A DNA stretch of 64,000 nt from Microbacterium sp. 70-16. Lineage in GTDB: Bacteria; Actinomycetota; Actinomycetes; Actinomycetales; Microbacteriaceae. Under the pieces are notes generated by a model. It saw nothing but the letters and a program-made list of their open reading frames with translations, searched no databases and had not been told where the DNA came from. Of the stretch, positions 19,901-28,044 are shown piece after piece. The position numbers and the translations under genes are program-made. Where the stretch lies: positions 49,974 to 113,973 of the forward strand of contig NZ_MKTQ01000009.1 of the NCBI RefSeq assembly GCF_001898315.1, in the 5' to 3' direction. Each line of letters opens with the position of its first letter. Position 1 is the stretch's first letter.

Positions 19901-20347
19901 GTGAGCGACTACCCGCAGATTCCCCCGTCCTACCCGCTCGCGCAGCCCTACCCGCCGCCCGTACGCACCGACTCGCCTGCGCTCGGTACGATCGCGCTGC
20001 TTCTGGCGATCGCCGGAGCGGTCGGTGCGACGATCATCGCCGTGTTCGCGGGCGTCGCCGCCGGTCCCGACGTCCTGCGCGCACTCGAGAGCACGACGCC
20101 CGACGGGTCGATCGACCTGAGCCTGCTCTCCCCCGTGCGCGGGTGGGTGCTCACCGGCGAGGTCGCGTTCTGGGCCGGCACGGTGCTGGGGATCTGGGCG
20201 ATCGTGCAGGGTGGCATCGCCCTGGCATCCCGTCGTGGCTTCGGCGCCGGACTCGCCGCGATCATCGTCGCGGCGGTCGGCCCCGTCGTCTTCGTCGTCG
20301 CGCTCACGCTCGCACTCGGCGTCGGCGCCGGTCTCGAAGGACTCTGA
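19901..20347 (+). CDS. Small membrane protein with Pro/Tyr-rich N-terminus (hypothetical)
   Basis: 148 aa with a GTG start. A YPQIPPSYPLAQPYPPP segment is followed by four hydrophobic helices. The gene is divergent from mfd. No family is recognised with certainty. Confidence 0.6.
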   Translation: MSDYPQIPPSYPLAQPYPPPVRTDSPALGTIALLLAIAGAVGATIIAVFAGVAAGPDVLRALESTTPDGSIDLSLLSPVRGWVLTGEVAFWAGTVLGIWAIVQGGIALASRRGFGAGLAAIIVAAVGPVVFVVALTLALGVGAGLEGL

Positions 20348-20364
20348 GCCGCCGCGACTCGCGG

Positions 20365-20949
20365 TCAGGCGCGCGGCGCGTGGTGCTTCTGCTGCGCCGC
20401 GAGCAGGCCCTCGTCGATGAGCTGCTCGACGGCGTCGGCGGCGTCCCCGAGCAGCAGCGGCAGCTGCGTGCGCTGCGCCGCCGAGAACGGGTCTAGCACC
20501 CAGTCGGCCGGGTCCTGGCGCCCCGGCGGGCGGCCGATGCCGACGCGCACGCGCGGGAACTCCGCGGTGCCGAGTGCCTTGGCGACATCACGGATGCCGT
20601 TGTGTCCGCCGTGCCCGCCGCCGACCTTGAGCTTGATGGTGTCGAACGGGATGTCGAGCTCGTCGTGGATCAGCACGACACGCTCGGCCGGCACGTCGTA
20701 GAAACGCGCGAGCTGCGAGACGGGCCCGCCCGACACGTTCATGAACGAGTTCGGCGCGGCGAGCACGAGCTTCGCGGCGCCCGGTCGCAACCAGGTCTCG
20801 GCGACGCGCGCGTTCGCCTTGTGCGCGCGCAGGGTCTCGCCGCGACGCGCGGCGAGTTCACCGACGACCATCTGGCCGACGTTGTGCCGCGTCTGCTCGT
20901 ACTTGGCACCCGGGTTACCCAGGCCCACCACCAGCCACGTGTCAGCCAT
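20365..20949 (-). CDS. pth: Peptidyl-tRNA hydrolase
   Basis: Track ORF 20365..20982 trimmed to the ATG at 20949 (GGGAG upstream). Motifs LVVGLGNPGAKYEQTRHNVG, NVSGGPV and GGHGGHNG are present. Confidence 0.95.
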   Translation of the reverse strand: MADTWLVVGLGNPGAKYEQTRHNVGQMVVGELAARRGETLRAHKANARVAETWLRPGAAKLVLAAPNSFMNVSGGPVSQLARFYDVPAERVVLIHDELDIPFDTIKLKVGGGHGGHNGIRDVAKALGTAEFPRVRVGIGRPPGRQDPADWVLDPFSAAQRTQLPLLLGDAADAVEQLIDEGLLAAQQKHHAPRA

Positions 20950-20969
20950 CTGCTCCCTTTCGACGACGA

Positions 20970-21003
20970 AGCCCGTCCCCACCAGTATCGGTGGCGACGG
21001 GCT
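20970..21003 (-). terminator. Stem-loop between rplY/ctc and pth (terminator, attenuator or processing site)
   Basis: AGCCCGTCCCCACC-agtatc-GGTGGCGACGGGCT is a 14-bp stem with one mismatch. It lies 19 nt after the ctc stop and just upstream of the pth RBS. Confidence 0.45.
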
Positions 21004-21021
21004 CCGTGCTGTGCGTGCTGA

Positions 21022-21633
21022 TTACTCGGCGGCCTCGGGCGCGGCGGCCTCGTCCTCAGCGGCGACCTCGTCCTCGACGGCGGCCGCGGCGGCGGGCACC
21101 GAGATGGCGACGATCAGGGTCTCGGGCTCGGTGACGAGCGCGGCGCCCTTCGGGAGCTTCAGGTCGGCAGCGGTGATGTGCGTGCCGTCCTCGAGGCCCT
21201 CGACGTCGACCTCGACGTGCTCCGGGATGTGCGTGGCCTCGACCTCGAGCAGGACCGTCGTGTTGTCGAGGTTCGCGATCGTGCCGGCGAAGGGCTCGCC
21301 CACGACGAGAACGGGCACGTCGACCTGAATCTTCTCGCCCTTCTTCACGACGAGCAGGTCGATGTGCTCGATGATCTGGTGCACGGGGTCCTTCTGCACG
21401 TCCTTGACGAGCGCGAGCTGCTGCTTGCCGGCGACCTCGAGCTCGAGCACCGCGTTGGCGCGGCGGATGAGCAGCGAGACCTGGTGGCCCGGCAGCGCGA
21501 CGTGCACGGGGTCGGTGCCGTGGCCGTAGATGACGGCGGGGATGCTGCCGGCGGCGCGCAGACGGCGGGCGAAGCCCTTGCCGAAGTTCTCGCGGACCTC
21601 GGCGACGACAGTGGAGTCGTTCTCGGTGGCCAT
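21022..21633 (-). CDS. rplY: 50S ribosomal protein L25 / general stress protein Ctc
   Basis: 203 aa. The N-terminus is L25/Ctc-like (RENFGKGFARRLRAAGSIPAVIYGHG) and the C-terminal tail is acidic and Ala/Glu-rich. AAGGAGAA lies upstream of the ATG. Confidence 0.95.
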   Translation of the reverse strand: MATENDSTVVAEVRENFGKGFARRLRAAGSIPAVIYGHGTDPVHVALPGHQVSLLIRRANAVLELEVAGKQQLALVKDVQKDPVHQIIEHIDLLVVKKGEKIQVDVPVLVVGEPFAGTIANLDNTTVLLEVEATHIPEHVEVDVEGLEDGTHITAADLKLPKGAALVTEPETLIVAISVPAAAAAVEDEVAAEDEAAAPEAAE

Positions 21634-21852
21634 GGTGTTCTCCTTGAAGTACGACCCGCCGTGCGGGTCTGGGTCTGGGTCTCGACTCGAACGCTCGCGC
21701 GTGAGGAGAGCCTGCCGGAGTACCGAGTGGCTCGCATCACCGCGTCGATCACGGATGGGTCCTTGTGGACGGCATCCCTCGCCGAAGTGCAGTGACGAGT
21801 CTACCAGCCCGGTACAGTGGGAACATCACGACCGCTTGCACGAGGAGGCACC

Positions 21853-21975
21853 ATGGACTACGGCTGGATCACGCACGCGTTCCTCTGGCTCATCGGCCTC
21901 ATGTCGGTCGTCGCCGTCATCGGCACCGCGGGCGCCCTGTGGTCGATGGGACGCTCGGGCTACCGCAAGGACTGA
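21853..21975 (+). CDS. Candidate 40-aa single-pass membrane peptide (not in ORF track, below its length cut-off)
   Basis: GAGGAGG lies 5 nt upstream of the ATG at 21853. The product is MDYGWITHAFLWLIGLMSVVAVIGTAGALWSMGRSGYRKD. It has one hydrophobic helix and a basic C-terminus, and third codon positions are G/C-rich like real genes. Confidence 0.45.
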   Translation: MDYGWITHAFLWLIGLMSVVAVIGTAGALWSMGRSGYRKD

Positions 21976-22002
21976 CCCCGCCGCAGCCCCCGTCTGTGGC
22001 GC

Positions 22003-22461
22003 TCAGCGTGCGCCGCTGAGCAGACTCGCGATGCGGTCCACGACCGACTCGAGGTCGGCGTCGTCGGCGACGCGCACGCCCGGCTCGTCTGCCGTCAGCG
22101 GATCGACCTGTGCCGCTGGAGCAGGTACGCGCGACCTGCCGAACCAGCGGCGGCGCGCGACGGGTGCCTCGTCATTCGCGACGATCTCGGCGAAGACGAT
22201 CCCCGGGATCCGCTCACGGACGCGGTCGCGCCACGCGCGCGACAGCGATCCGCTCGCCACGACGAGCGTGTTCTCGCGCGAGAACGACAGCGCGAGGGCA
22301 TCCAGCCACAACTCCCTCGGATCGCCCGCCGCTTTCGCCCGCGACCCGGTCGGGTAGAGCTCGGCACCATCGACGAAGCGCACCCGCAGCCGCGCCGCGA
22401 GGGCGGCCGCGACGAGCGTCGTGCCCGATCCGGGCGGCCCGGTCACGATGATGCGGCTCAT
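22003..22461 (-). CDS. Gluconokinase-like P-loop protein lacking the Walker A lysine (possible pseudo-kinase)
   Basis: 152 aa, colinear with the two GntK paralogues in the window. Its P-loop reads GPPGSGTT rather than GxxGxGK[ST], and the DDDRWPWLD segment is replaced by GDPRELWLD. Confidence 0.65.
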   Translation of the reverse strand: MSRIIVTGPPGSGTTLVAAALAARLRVRFVDGAELYPTGSRAKAAGDPRELWLDALALSFSRENTLVVASGSLSRAWRDRVRERIPGIVFAEIVANDEAPVARRRWFGRSRVPAPAAQVDPLTADEPGVRVADDADLESVVDRIASLLSGAR

Positions 22462-22523
22462 GCTCCGATGCTAACGGCGAGCAGGCGCGCGGCAGCGCAG
22501 CCGCGCCCGTCGCGGCGCGACCG

Positions 22524-23291
22524 TCAGACGACCGAGGTCATGCCGCCGTCGATGACGAGATTCTGCCCCGAGACGAAGCTCGACGCGTCGGAGGCGAGGA
22601 ACAGCAGCGCGCCGTCGAGCTCGGCGAAGTCGCCCCAGCGCCCGGCGGGCGTGCGGGCTTCGAGCCAGGCCGTGAACTCAGGGTTGCCGGTGAGGTCGCG
22701 GTTCATCTCGGTCGCGAAGTATCCGGGCGAGAGCGTATTGACCTGGATGCCATGACGCGCGAGGTCTGCCGCCATGCCGCGGCTGAGCTGCGCGATGCCG
22801 GCCTTCGACGCCGAGTACGGGGCGATCGTCTGCCGGGCGAGAACCGACTGCACCGAGCCGATGTTGACGATCTTGCCCGAGCCGCGCGCGACGAACCCCG
22901 GCGCGAAGGCGCGGGCGACGTAGAACGGGCCGGACAGGTTCGCCGCGATCAGCTGATCCCAGTCTGAGACGGAGAACTCCTGGAACGGCGCGCGCCGCTG
23001 CACCCCCGCGTTGTTGACGAGGATGTCGGGCAGCCCGTGCTCATCGACCATCGCGGCGATCGCGGCGGCGACGGCGTCGGCATCGGTCACGTCGAACGAG
23101 ACCGATGCCGCCTCGCGGCCGGACAGCTCGGTCATCTCGACGCGCGACTGCTCGAGTGCCTCGGGGTCGCGGCCGTGCACGATCAGGCGCGCACCGCCCC
23201 GGGCCAGCGCCCGCGCGAGCGAGCGCCCGAGGCCGCGGGAAGAGCCCGTGACGAAGGCGAGGCGGTCGGTCACACTGAACAGATCGGTCAT
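22524..23291 (-). CDS. idnO: SDR oxidoreductase, gluconate 5-dehydrogenase / 5-keto-D-gluconate reductase-like
   Basis: 255 aa. It resembles E. coli IdnO along its length as I recall that sequence (MTDLFS.., VTGSSRGLG, NNAGVQRR, YSASKAG, TPAGRWGD, IDGGM). Confidence 0.8.
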   Translation of the reverse strand: MTDLFSVTDRLAFVTGSSRGLGRSLARALARGGARLIVHGRDPEALEQSRVEMTELSGREAASVSFDVTDADAVAAAIAAMVDEHGLPDILVNNAGVQRRAPFQEFSVSDWDQLIAANLSGPFYVARAFAPGFVARGSGKIVNIGSVQSVLARQTIAPYSASKAGIAQLSRGMAADLARHGIQVNTLSPGYFATEMNRDLTGNPEFTAWLEARTPAGRWGDFAELDGALLFLASDASSFVSGQNLVIDGGMTSVV

Positions 23292-23806
23292 GTCGGGTTC
23301 TCCTGTCGGTCGCCGTCGAGGCGGGAGCGGATGCGGGCGGCGACTTCGAGGACGCGTCCCGCGTTCAGTTCGGCGAACCCGGGCTCGTCGGGTGCGAGAT
23401 GCTCGAGCGCCGCCATCTGCGAGTCGAGCAGCGCGGGCGGCATGAAGTGCTCGCGCGTGCGCATGCGCCGGTCGAGCTCGTCACGGTCGACGGTGAGCTC
23501 GACGAAGACGGCGTCGGGTGCTGTCTGCAGGATCCGGTCGCGGTAGCGGCGCGCGAGCGCCGAGCACGCGATGACGCCGCCTCCGGGCATGTCGCGCAGC
23601 GTCTGGGCGACGATGTCGAGCCACGGCCAGCGGTCATCGTCGTCGAGCGGCGTGCCCTGCGACATCTTCGCGACGTTGGCGGCGGGGTGCAGGTCGTCGG
23701 CGTCGATGAAGTCGACGGCGAGGTCGACCGCGAGCGCCGCGCCGACGGCGGTCTTGCCCGAGCCGGACGGGCCCATCACGACGATGCGGTACGGCGTGGT
23801 GGTCAT
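23288..23806 (-). CDS. gntK: Gluconokinase
   Basis: 172 aa. Walker A is GPSGSGKT, with DADDLHPAANVAKMSQGTPLDDDDRWPWLD and CSALARRYRD. ATGA overlaps occur at both ends. Confidence 0.9.
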   Translation of the reverse strand: MTTTPYRIVVMGPSGSGKTAVGAALAVDLAVDFIDADDLHPAANVAKMSQGTPLDDDDRWPWLDIVAQTLRDMPGGGVIACSALARRYRDRILQTAPDAVFVELTVDRDELDRRMRTREHFMPPALLDSQMAALEHLAPDEPGFAELNAGRVLEVAARIRSRLDGDRQENPT

Positions 23807-24876
23807 GACGCCACCGCCGCAGCAGCCGCGCCAGCTGAGCCGGATGCCCCCGCAAAAGCGAGCAGGACCTTCGCCGACACCGAGGCATCCCCCGCCGTGG
23901 CGAAGGCATCCAGCGCTTCAGCGGCGGTGAACGTGTGGGTCACGACTGGGTCGACGGCGAGTGAGCCGTCGGCGAGGGCGGCGATCACGTCGGCGAACTC
24001 GGCGCCGAAGCGGAACGACCCGACGAGGGTCAGCTCTCGCGTGATCGCGGTCGCCACAGGTGCCGGAACGTCGCCCGAGCGCTGCAGCCCGACGAGCACG
24101 ACGGTGCCCCCGCGCTGCGCGGCCGAGACGGCGGCGGCCAGACCCGGGACGGTGCCACTGGATTCGATCACGACATCGGCGTGCAGTGCAGCGATCGCCT
24201 CGCCCTCACGCGCGTCGAGCGTACGCGCACCCAGCTGCTCGGCGATCTCGCGCGGGCGGGAGTGCAGATCGGTCGCGATGACCTCGGCCGCGCCGTGGTG
24301 CAGCGCAACGGCCGCCGCGAGCAGGCCGATCGGCCCCGACCCGATGACGACGACCCGCAGTCCTGTGACCGATCCGGCACGCTCGACGGCGTGCCATGCG
24401 ACGGCGGCGGGCTCGGCGAGCGCTCCGCGGCGCAGGTCGAGGGTCTCGGGCAGCGGGTACAGCATGCGCGCGGGCAGCGCGACGCGATCGGCGAATCCGC
24501 CCTGCGTGTGCGGCAGGTGCATCGCCGAGCCGAGATAGGTGGATGCCGGGGCGAGGTTCGGGCGGTCTTCAGGGTAGGGCGTCACCCCATCGCCGTGCGG
24601 CGTCAGCGGGTGCACCGCGACGCGCGTGCCGACAGCTGGGCCCGTCCCGTCGGCGGCTGCCACCACGACCGTGCCGGACAGCTCGTGCCCGAGCACCATC
24701 GGCTCGCGCAGGATCGATGCTCCGGCGGCGCCGTGGCGCCAGTAGTGCAGGTCCGAGCCGCAGACGCCGCCGTAGGCGACCTCGACGATGGCTTCGTCTG
24801 CGGCGGGCGCCGGCTCGCCGACGTCTTCGATGCGCAGATCGTCGGCGGCGTGCGCGACGACGGCGGTGTTGCTCAT
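23803..24876 (-). CDS. idnD: Zn-dependent dehydrogenase, L-idonate 5-dehydrogenase-like
   Basis: 357 aa. GGVCGSDLHYWRHGAAGASILREPMVLGHE closely parallels the IdnD N-terminal motif. A Rossmann fold (VIGSGPIG) is present. Confidence 0.8.
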   Translation of the reverse strand: MSNTAVVAHAADDLRIEDVGEPAPAADEAIVEVAYGGVCGSDLHYWRHGAAGASILREPMVLGHELSGTVVVAAADGTGPAVGTRVAVHPLTPHGDGVTPYPEDRPNLAPASTYLGSAMHLPHTQGGFADRVALPARMLYPLPETLDLRRGALAEPAAVAWHAVERAGSVTGLRVVVIGSGPIGLLAAAVALHHGAAEVIATDLHSRPREIAEQLGARTLDAREGEAIAALHADVVIESSGTVPGLAAAVSAAQRGGTVVLVGLQRSGDVPAPVATAITRELTLVGSFRFGAEFADVIAALADGSLAVDPVVTHTFTAAEALDAFATAGDASVSAKVLLAFAGASGSAGAAAAAVAS

Positions 24877-24922
24877 GCTCGTGTCCCCTTCTCGGTCTGC
24901 GACTACCCGTGCTGCCGCGGGC

Positions 24923-25657
24923 TCAGCGCGTCGGTGTGCTGAGCCGGACGGCGCCGACGGTCACGTCGATGCGCTGGCCCGGCTGTACCGGGCTCTGGCT
25001 GTGCGGCGCCCCGGTCATGATGACGTCGCCCGGTCCCAGTGTCGTCCATCGTGCGACGTACGCAAGGCACTGCGCGATCGACATCGGCAGCGCCGTGGCA
25101 TCCGTCACCGCGACCTGCTCGCCGTCAAGCGACAGCGTCAGCGTGACGGTGTCGAGGGGTGCCTCGGTGTCGATCCACACAGCCAGCGGCGTGTAGCCCT
25201 CCCCCGTCTTTCCCTCGAAGTTGCGCGGGTCGAAGACCATGCGGTCGGGGCTGGACAAGTCGTTCACGGCCGTGAACCCCAGGACGTACGACGCGGCGTT
25301 CGCCTCGGTCAGCCCCGTCGTGTCGCGACCGATCACGACAGCGATCTCGCCTTCGGCGACCGTCTGCCCGGCATCCCGCCGCAGTGTGACCGTCTGTCCA
25401 CTCGCGACGACCGTGCGCGGACTCTTCAGCCACGCCTGCACGGGCGACTCATGCGCAGGTCCGTTCTGGGCGATTCCGACGACGACGAGAGGGGCAGATG
25501 CCGCGAGCGGCTCACCGTCGACGGCGGATGCCACATCGACGGGCCGCCGCCCCGCCGCGAAGGCGGCGTACGGGTCTTCGATCTGGACGAGGCGTTCGCC
25601 GTCCGCACGCACGTGGACGATCTCGCCCGACGGCGTCTGCACGCGTCCGATCAGCAT
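24923..25657 (-). CDS. Fumarylacetoacetate hydrolase (FAH) family protein
   Basis: Track ORF 24923..25768 trimmed to the ATG at 25657 (GAGAGGG upstream). It encodes 244 aa with an FAH-family C-terminal pattern (GFTAVNDLS, EGKTGEGYTP, LGPGDVIMTGAP). Confidence 0.8.
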   Translation of the reverse strand: MLIGRVQTPSGEIVHVRADGERLVQIEDPYAAFAAGRRPVDVASAVDGEPLAASAPLVVVGIAQNGPAHESPVQAWLKSPRTVVASGQTVTLRRDAGQTVAEGEIAVVIGRDTTGLTEANAASYVLGFTAVNDLSSPDRMVFDPRNFEGKTGEGYTPLAVWIDTEAPLDTVTLTLSLDGEQVAVTDATALPMSIAQCLAYVARWTTLGPGDVIMTGAPHSQSPVQPGQRIDVTVGAVRLSTPTR

Positions 25658-25685
25658 GTCTGCACCCTCTCGCGTCGCCGGCCGG

Positions 25686-27107
25686 TCACCAGCGGACCGT
25701 GCGGATCGTGACCGTCGTCGACGAGACGCCTTCGCCCGACTCTTCACGCGACACCTTGACGGCGTCATCGGTGCGGGTCAGGTCGCGGCGCAGAGTCTCG
25801 GGCACGAGGTACGTCGACGCGGTCGTGATGAGGGCGAGCGTGGCCATGTAGATGCCCAGCAGCACCCAGTTGCCGCCGCTGACGGCGATCAGGTACGCAC
25901 CCAGCACACCGGCCAGGCCTCCCGCGAGCACTGCCGAGATCTCGCGCGCCATCGCGACGCCGAGGTAGCGGTGCCGGTTGCCGAACATCTCGGGCAGCAT
26001 GGCGCACTGGGGGCCGAGCATGACGTTGACACCGAAGCCGATGCCGACGGCGATGACGGCGATGGCGATCGCGTGGTTCTGCAGCGTCAGCAGCCACCAG
26101 GCGGGGAACGAGTACACCAGCAGGAACACGGATCCGATGCGGTAGACCGTGCGGCGGCCGAGTCGGTCAGACAGCGCGCCCGTGAGCGGAACCGTGAAGA
26201 TGCCGATGAGCGATCCGAGGGTGACACCCCACGTCAGCAGGCTCTTGTCGGCGTTCTGACCGGCGACGGCCACGAAGAACGTGAGCGCGAGCGTGTTGAA
26301 CATGTACGAGCCGCCGTTCTCGGCCATGCGCAGGCCGATGCCGACGATGACGCCCGGCAGTCCGTGGCCGAAGATCTCGCGGATCGGACGGTCAGAGATC
26401 TGCTCGCTCTTCTCGAGCTCGATGAAGGTCGGCGTCTCACGCAGCCGCATGCGGATGAACACGGCGACGAGGATCAGCAGGAACGAGGCGAGGAACGGCA
26501 CGCGCCAGCCCCACGACAGCAGCTGGTCTTCGGGCAGCAGCGTGATGAGGCCGAAGACGACCGCGGCCAGCAGGGTGCCTGCCTGGATGCCGATGAACGG
26601 CAGCGCCGCGAAGAAGCCACGACGGCGAACCGGGGCGTACTCGGCCATCAGCACCGTCGCGCCGGCCTGCTCGGCACCCGCACCGAAGCCCTGCAGAAGG
26701 CGCATCAGCACGAGCAGCGCGGGGGCCCACAGGCCGATCTGCTCGTAGGTGGGCAGCAGGCCGATCGCCGTCGAAGCCCCGCCCATCAGCAGGATCGTGA
26801 TGACGAGCACCCACTTGCGCCCGAGCTTGTCGCCGAGCGTTCCGAAGAACAGACCGCCGAACGGGCGGGCGACGAAGCCGACGCCGAAGGTCGCGAAGGC
26901 GGCGACCGTCGCCATGGCGGGGTCATCCTGCGAGAAGAACAGGACGTTGAAGATGAGTGCCGTCGACAACCCGTACAGGGCGAAGTCGAAATACTCAAGT
27001 GCGCTGCCGACGCTCGACGCGAGCGTCGCACGGCGCAGATTGGCGGCGTACTCCGGATCTTCCGTCGGCGCCTGCGGCTTCGTAAGCGATTCGTCTGTCA
27101 CTGCCAT
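25686..27107 (-). CDS. MFS transporter, metabolite:H+ symporter (MHS) family
   Basis: Track ORF 25686..27410 trimmed to the ATG at 27107 (GGGAG upstream). It encodes 473 aa with 12 TM helices and is MHS-like (EYFDFALYG, GDKLGRK). Confidence 0.9.
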   Translation of the reverse strand: MAVTDESLTKPQAPTEDPEYAANLRRATLASSVGSALEYFDFALYGLSTALIFNVLFFSQDDPAMATVAAFATFGVGFVARPFGGLFFGTLGDKLGRKWVLVITILLMGGASTAIGLLPTYEQIGLWAPALLVLMRLLQGFGAGAEQAGATVLMAEYAPVRRRGFFAALPFIGIQAGTLLAAVVFGLITLLPEDQLLSWGWRVPFLASFLLILVAVFIRMRLRETPTFIELEKSEQISDRPIREIFGHGLPGVIVGIGLRMAENGGSYMFNTLALTFFVAVAGQNADKSLLTWGVTLGSLIGIFTVPLTGALSDRLGRRTVYRIGSVFLLVYSFPAWWLLTLQNHAIAIAVIAVGIGFGVNVMLGPQCAMLPEMFGNRHRYLGVAMAREISAVLAGGLAGVLGAYLIAVSGGNWVLLGIYMATLALITTASTYLVPETLRRDLTRTDDAVKVSREESGEGVSSTTVTIRTVRW

Positions 27108-27161
27108 CTCCCTTGATCGGCACGGCTTCATTGCGTGTGTCAGGCCACCATACCAACCCGC

Positions 27162-27176
27162 TGAACAATGTTCAAT
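27162..27176. promoter_or_regulatory. Candidate IclR operator I1 (TGAACAATGTTCAAT)
   Basis: Palindrome 55 nt upstream of the MHS transporter start. It is 14/16 identical to the site at 29161-29178 when read on the opposite strand. Confidence 0.4.
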
Positions 27177-27207
27177 ATCTTGGACAGCGATTTTCGGGAC
27201 GAGCTTC

Positions 27208-28005
27208 TCAGACCCGACGAACCGCCGCGCTGAACGGGTTGGTGAGCTCGCGTGCGGCGCTCTGCAGCGCCGCGGCGACCGTCGCGATGCGCTCGTCACT
27301 GGCATCCGCCGTCGGGATGCCGACACCGATCGCCAACTGCGGGTCACCCGGCGCCCACCCCTCGAGCGGCACGGCGACACCCACGATGCCGACGAAGGAC
27401 TCCTCGGCATCCAGCGCCCAGCCGCGCGCCCGCGCGGCGGCGAGCCGCTCCAGGAGTCCGGGCAGATCGCGCGTCGAGTTCTCCGTCACGGCGGGGAAGG
27501 TCGCGTCGGCGCCCAGCAGATCGGTGATCTCGGCGTCGCTCAGCGTCGACAGCATCGCACGCCCGGTCGCGCTGAGCGCGGCGGGTAGGCGTGAGCCCAG
27601 CGGCGTGCCGATGCGCAGCGACCGCGAGCCCTCGTGGCGCGCGATGTACAGCGCGTCCGGACCGTCCAGGATCGCGACCTGCACGAGCTCGGAGGCGAGC
27701 ACAGGCGACGCGTCGCACACGCCGTAGAACTCGCGCACCTGATTGAACTGCGCGGCGAAGGCACCGCCGAGCTCAGCCGTCCGCAGACCCAGCCGGTAGC
27801 CGCGCGCGCCGCGCTCGACCATCCGCGACGCTTCCAGCGCGAGACAGAGGTTGGCCGTCGACGATTTCGCGAGGCCGAGAGCTGCAGCGAGCTCGGTGAG
27901 ATTCATCGGCTCGCCAGCCTCGGCCAGCAACTCAAGCAGGCGGATGCTGCGTGTGACGGCGGGTGCCGGATCGCGGCTCGTGCGGTCGTCGGCGACGTCG
28001 GTCAT
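27208..28005 (-). CDS. IclR-family transcriptional regulator
   Basis: Track ORF 27208..28032 trimmed to the ATG at 28005 (GGAGGAG upstream). It has an N-terminal wHTH (RSIRLLELLAEAGEPMNLTELAAALGLAKSSTANL) and an IclR effector domain. Confidence 0.9.
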   Translation of the reverse strand: MTDVADDRTSRDPAPAVTRSIRLLELLAEAGEPMNLTELAAALGLAKSSTANLCLALEASRMVERGARGYRLGLRTAELGGAFAAQFNQVREFYGVCDASPVLASELVQVAILDGPDALYIARHEGSRSLRIGTPLGSRLPAALSATGRAMLSTLSDAEITDLLGADATFPAVTENSTRDLPGLLERLAAARARGWALDAEESFVGIVGVAVPLEGWAPGDPQLAIGVGIPTADASDERIATVAAALQSAARELTNPFSAAVRRV

Positions 28006-28044
28006 GGCTCTCCTCCCCGTCGCGCCTGCCACGGCGCGCGGACG

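Noticed and set aside
16422-19904. 1160-aa plus-strand ORF covering the whole mfd locus.
   Set aside because: It is a shadow ORF antisense to an unmistakable Mfd gene. The product is Arg/Ala/Gly/Asp-rich with no motifs and has no RBS. Long open antisense frames are expected at this GC content. The same reasoning applies to 1491..2993, 2657..4027, 7100..8680, 25221..27116, 36627..38339, 38600..40966, 41015..42310, 44383..46014, 45786..47429, 47369..48628, 48625..49803 and 57681..60056, and to most short track entries.
21653-21682. Hairpin GACCCGC-cgt-GCGGGTC followed by GGGTCT x3 in the ctc 5' region, as a ribosomal-protein leader.
   Set aside because: The stem is short and the structure is small. 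I know of no L25/Ctc leader motif to compare it with. It could equally be promoter-proximal noise, so it would need comparative analysis before any call.
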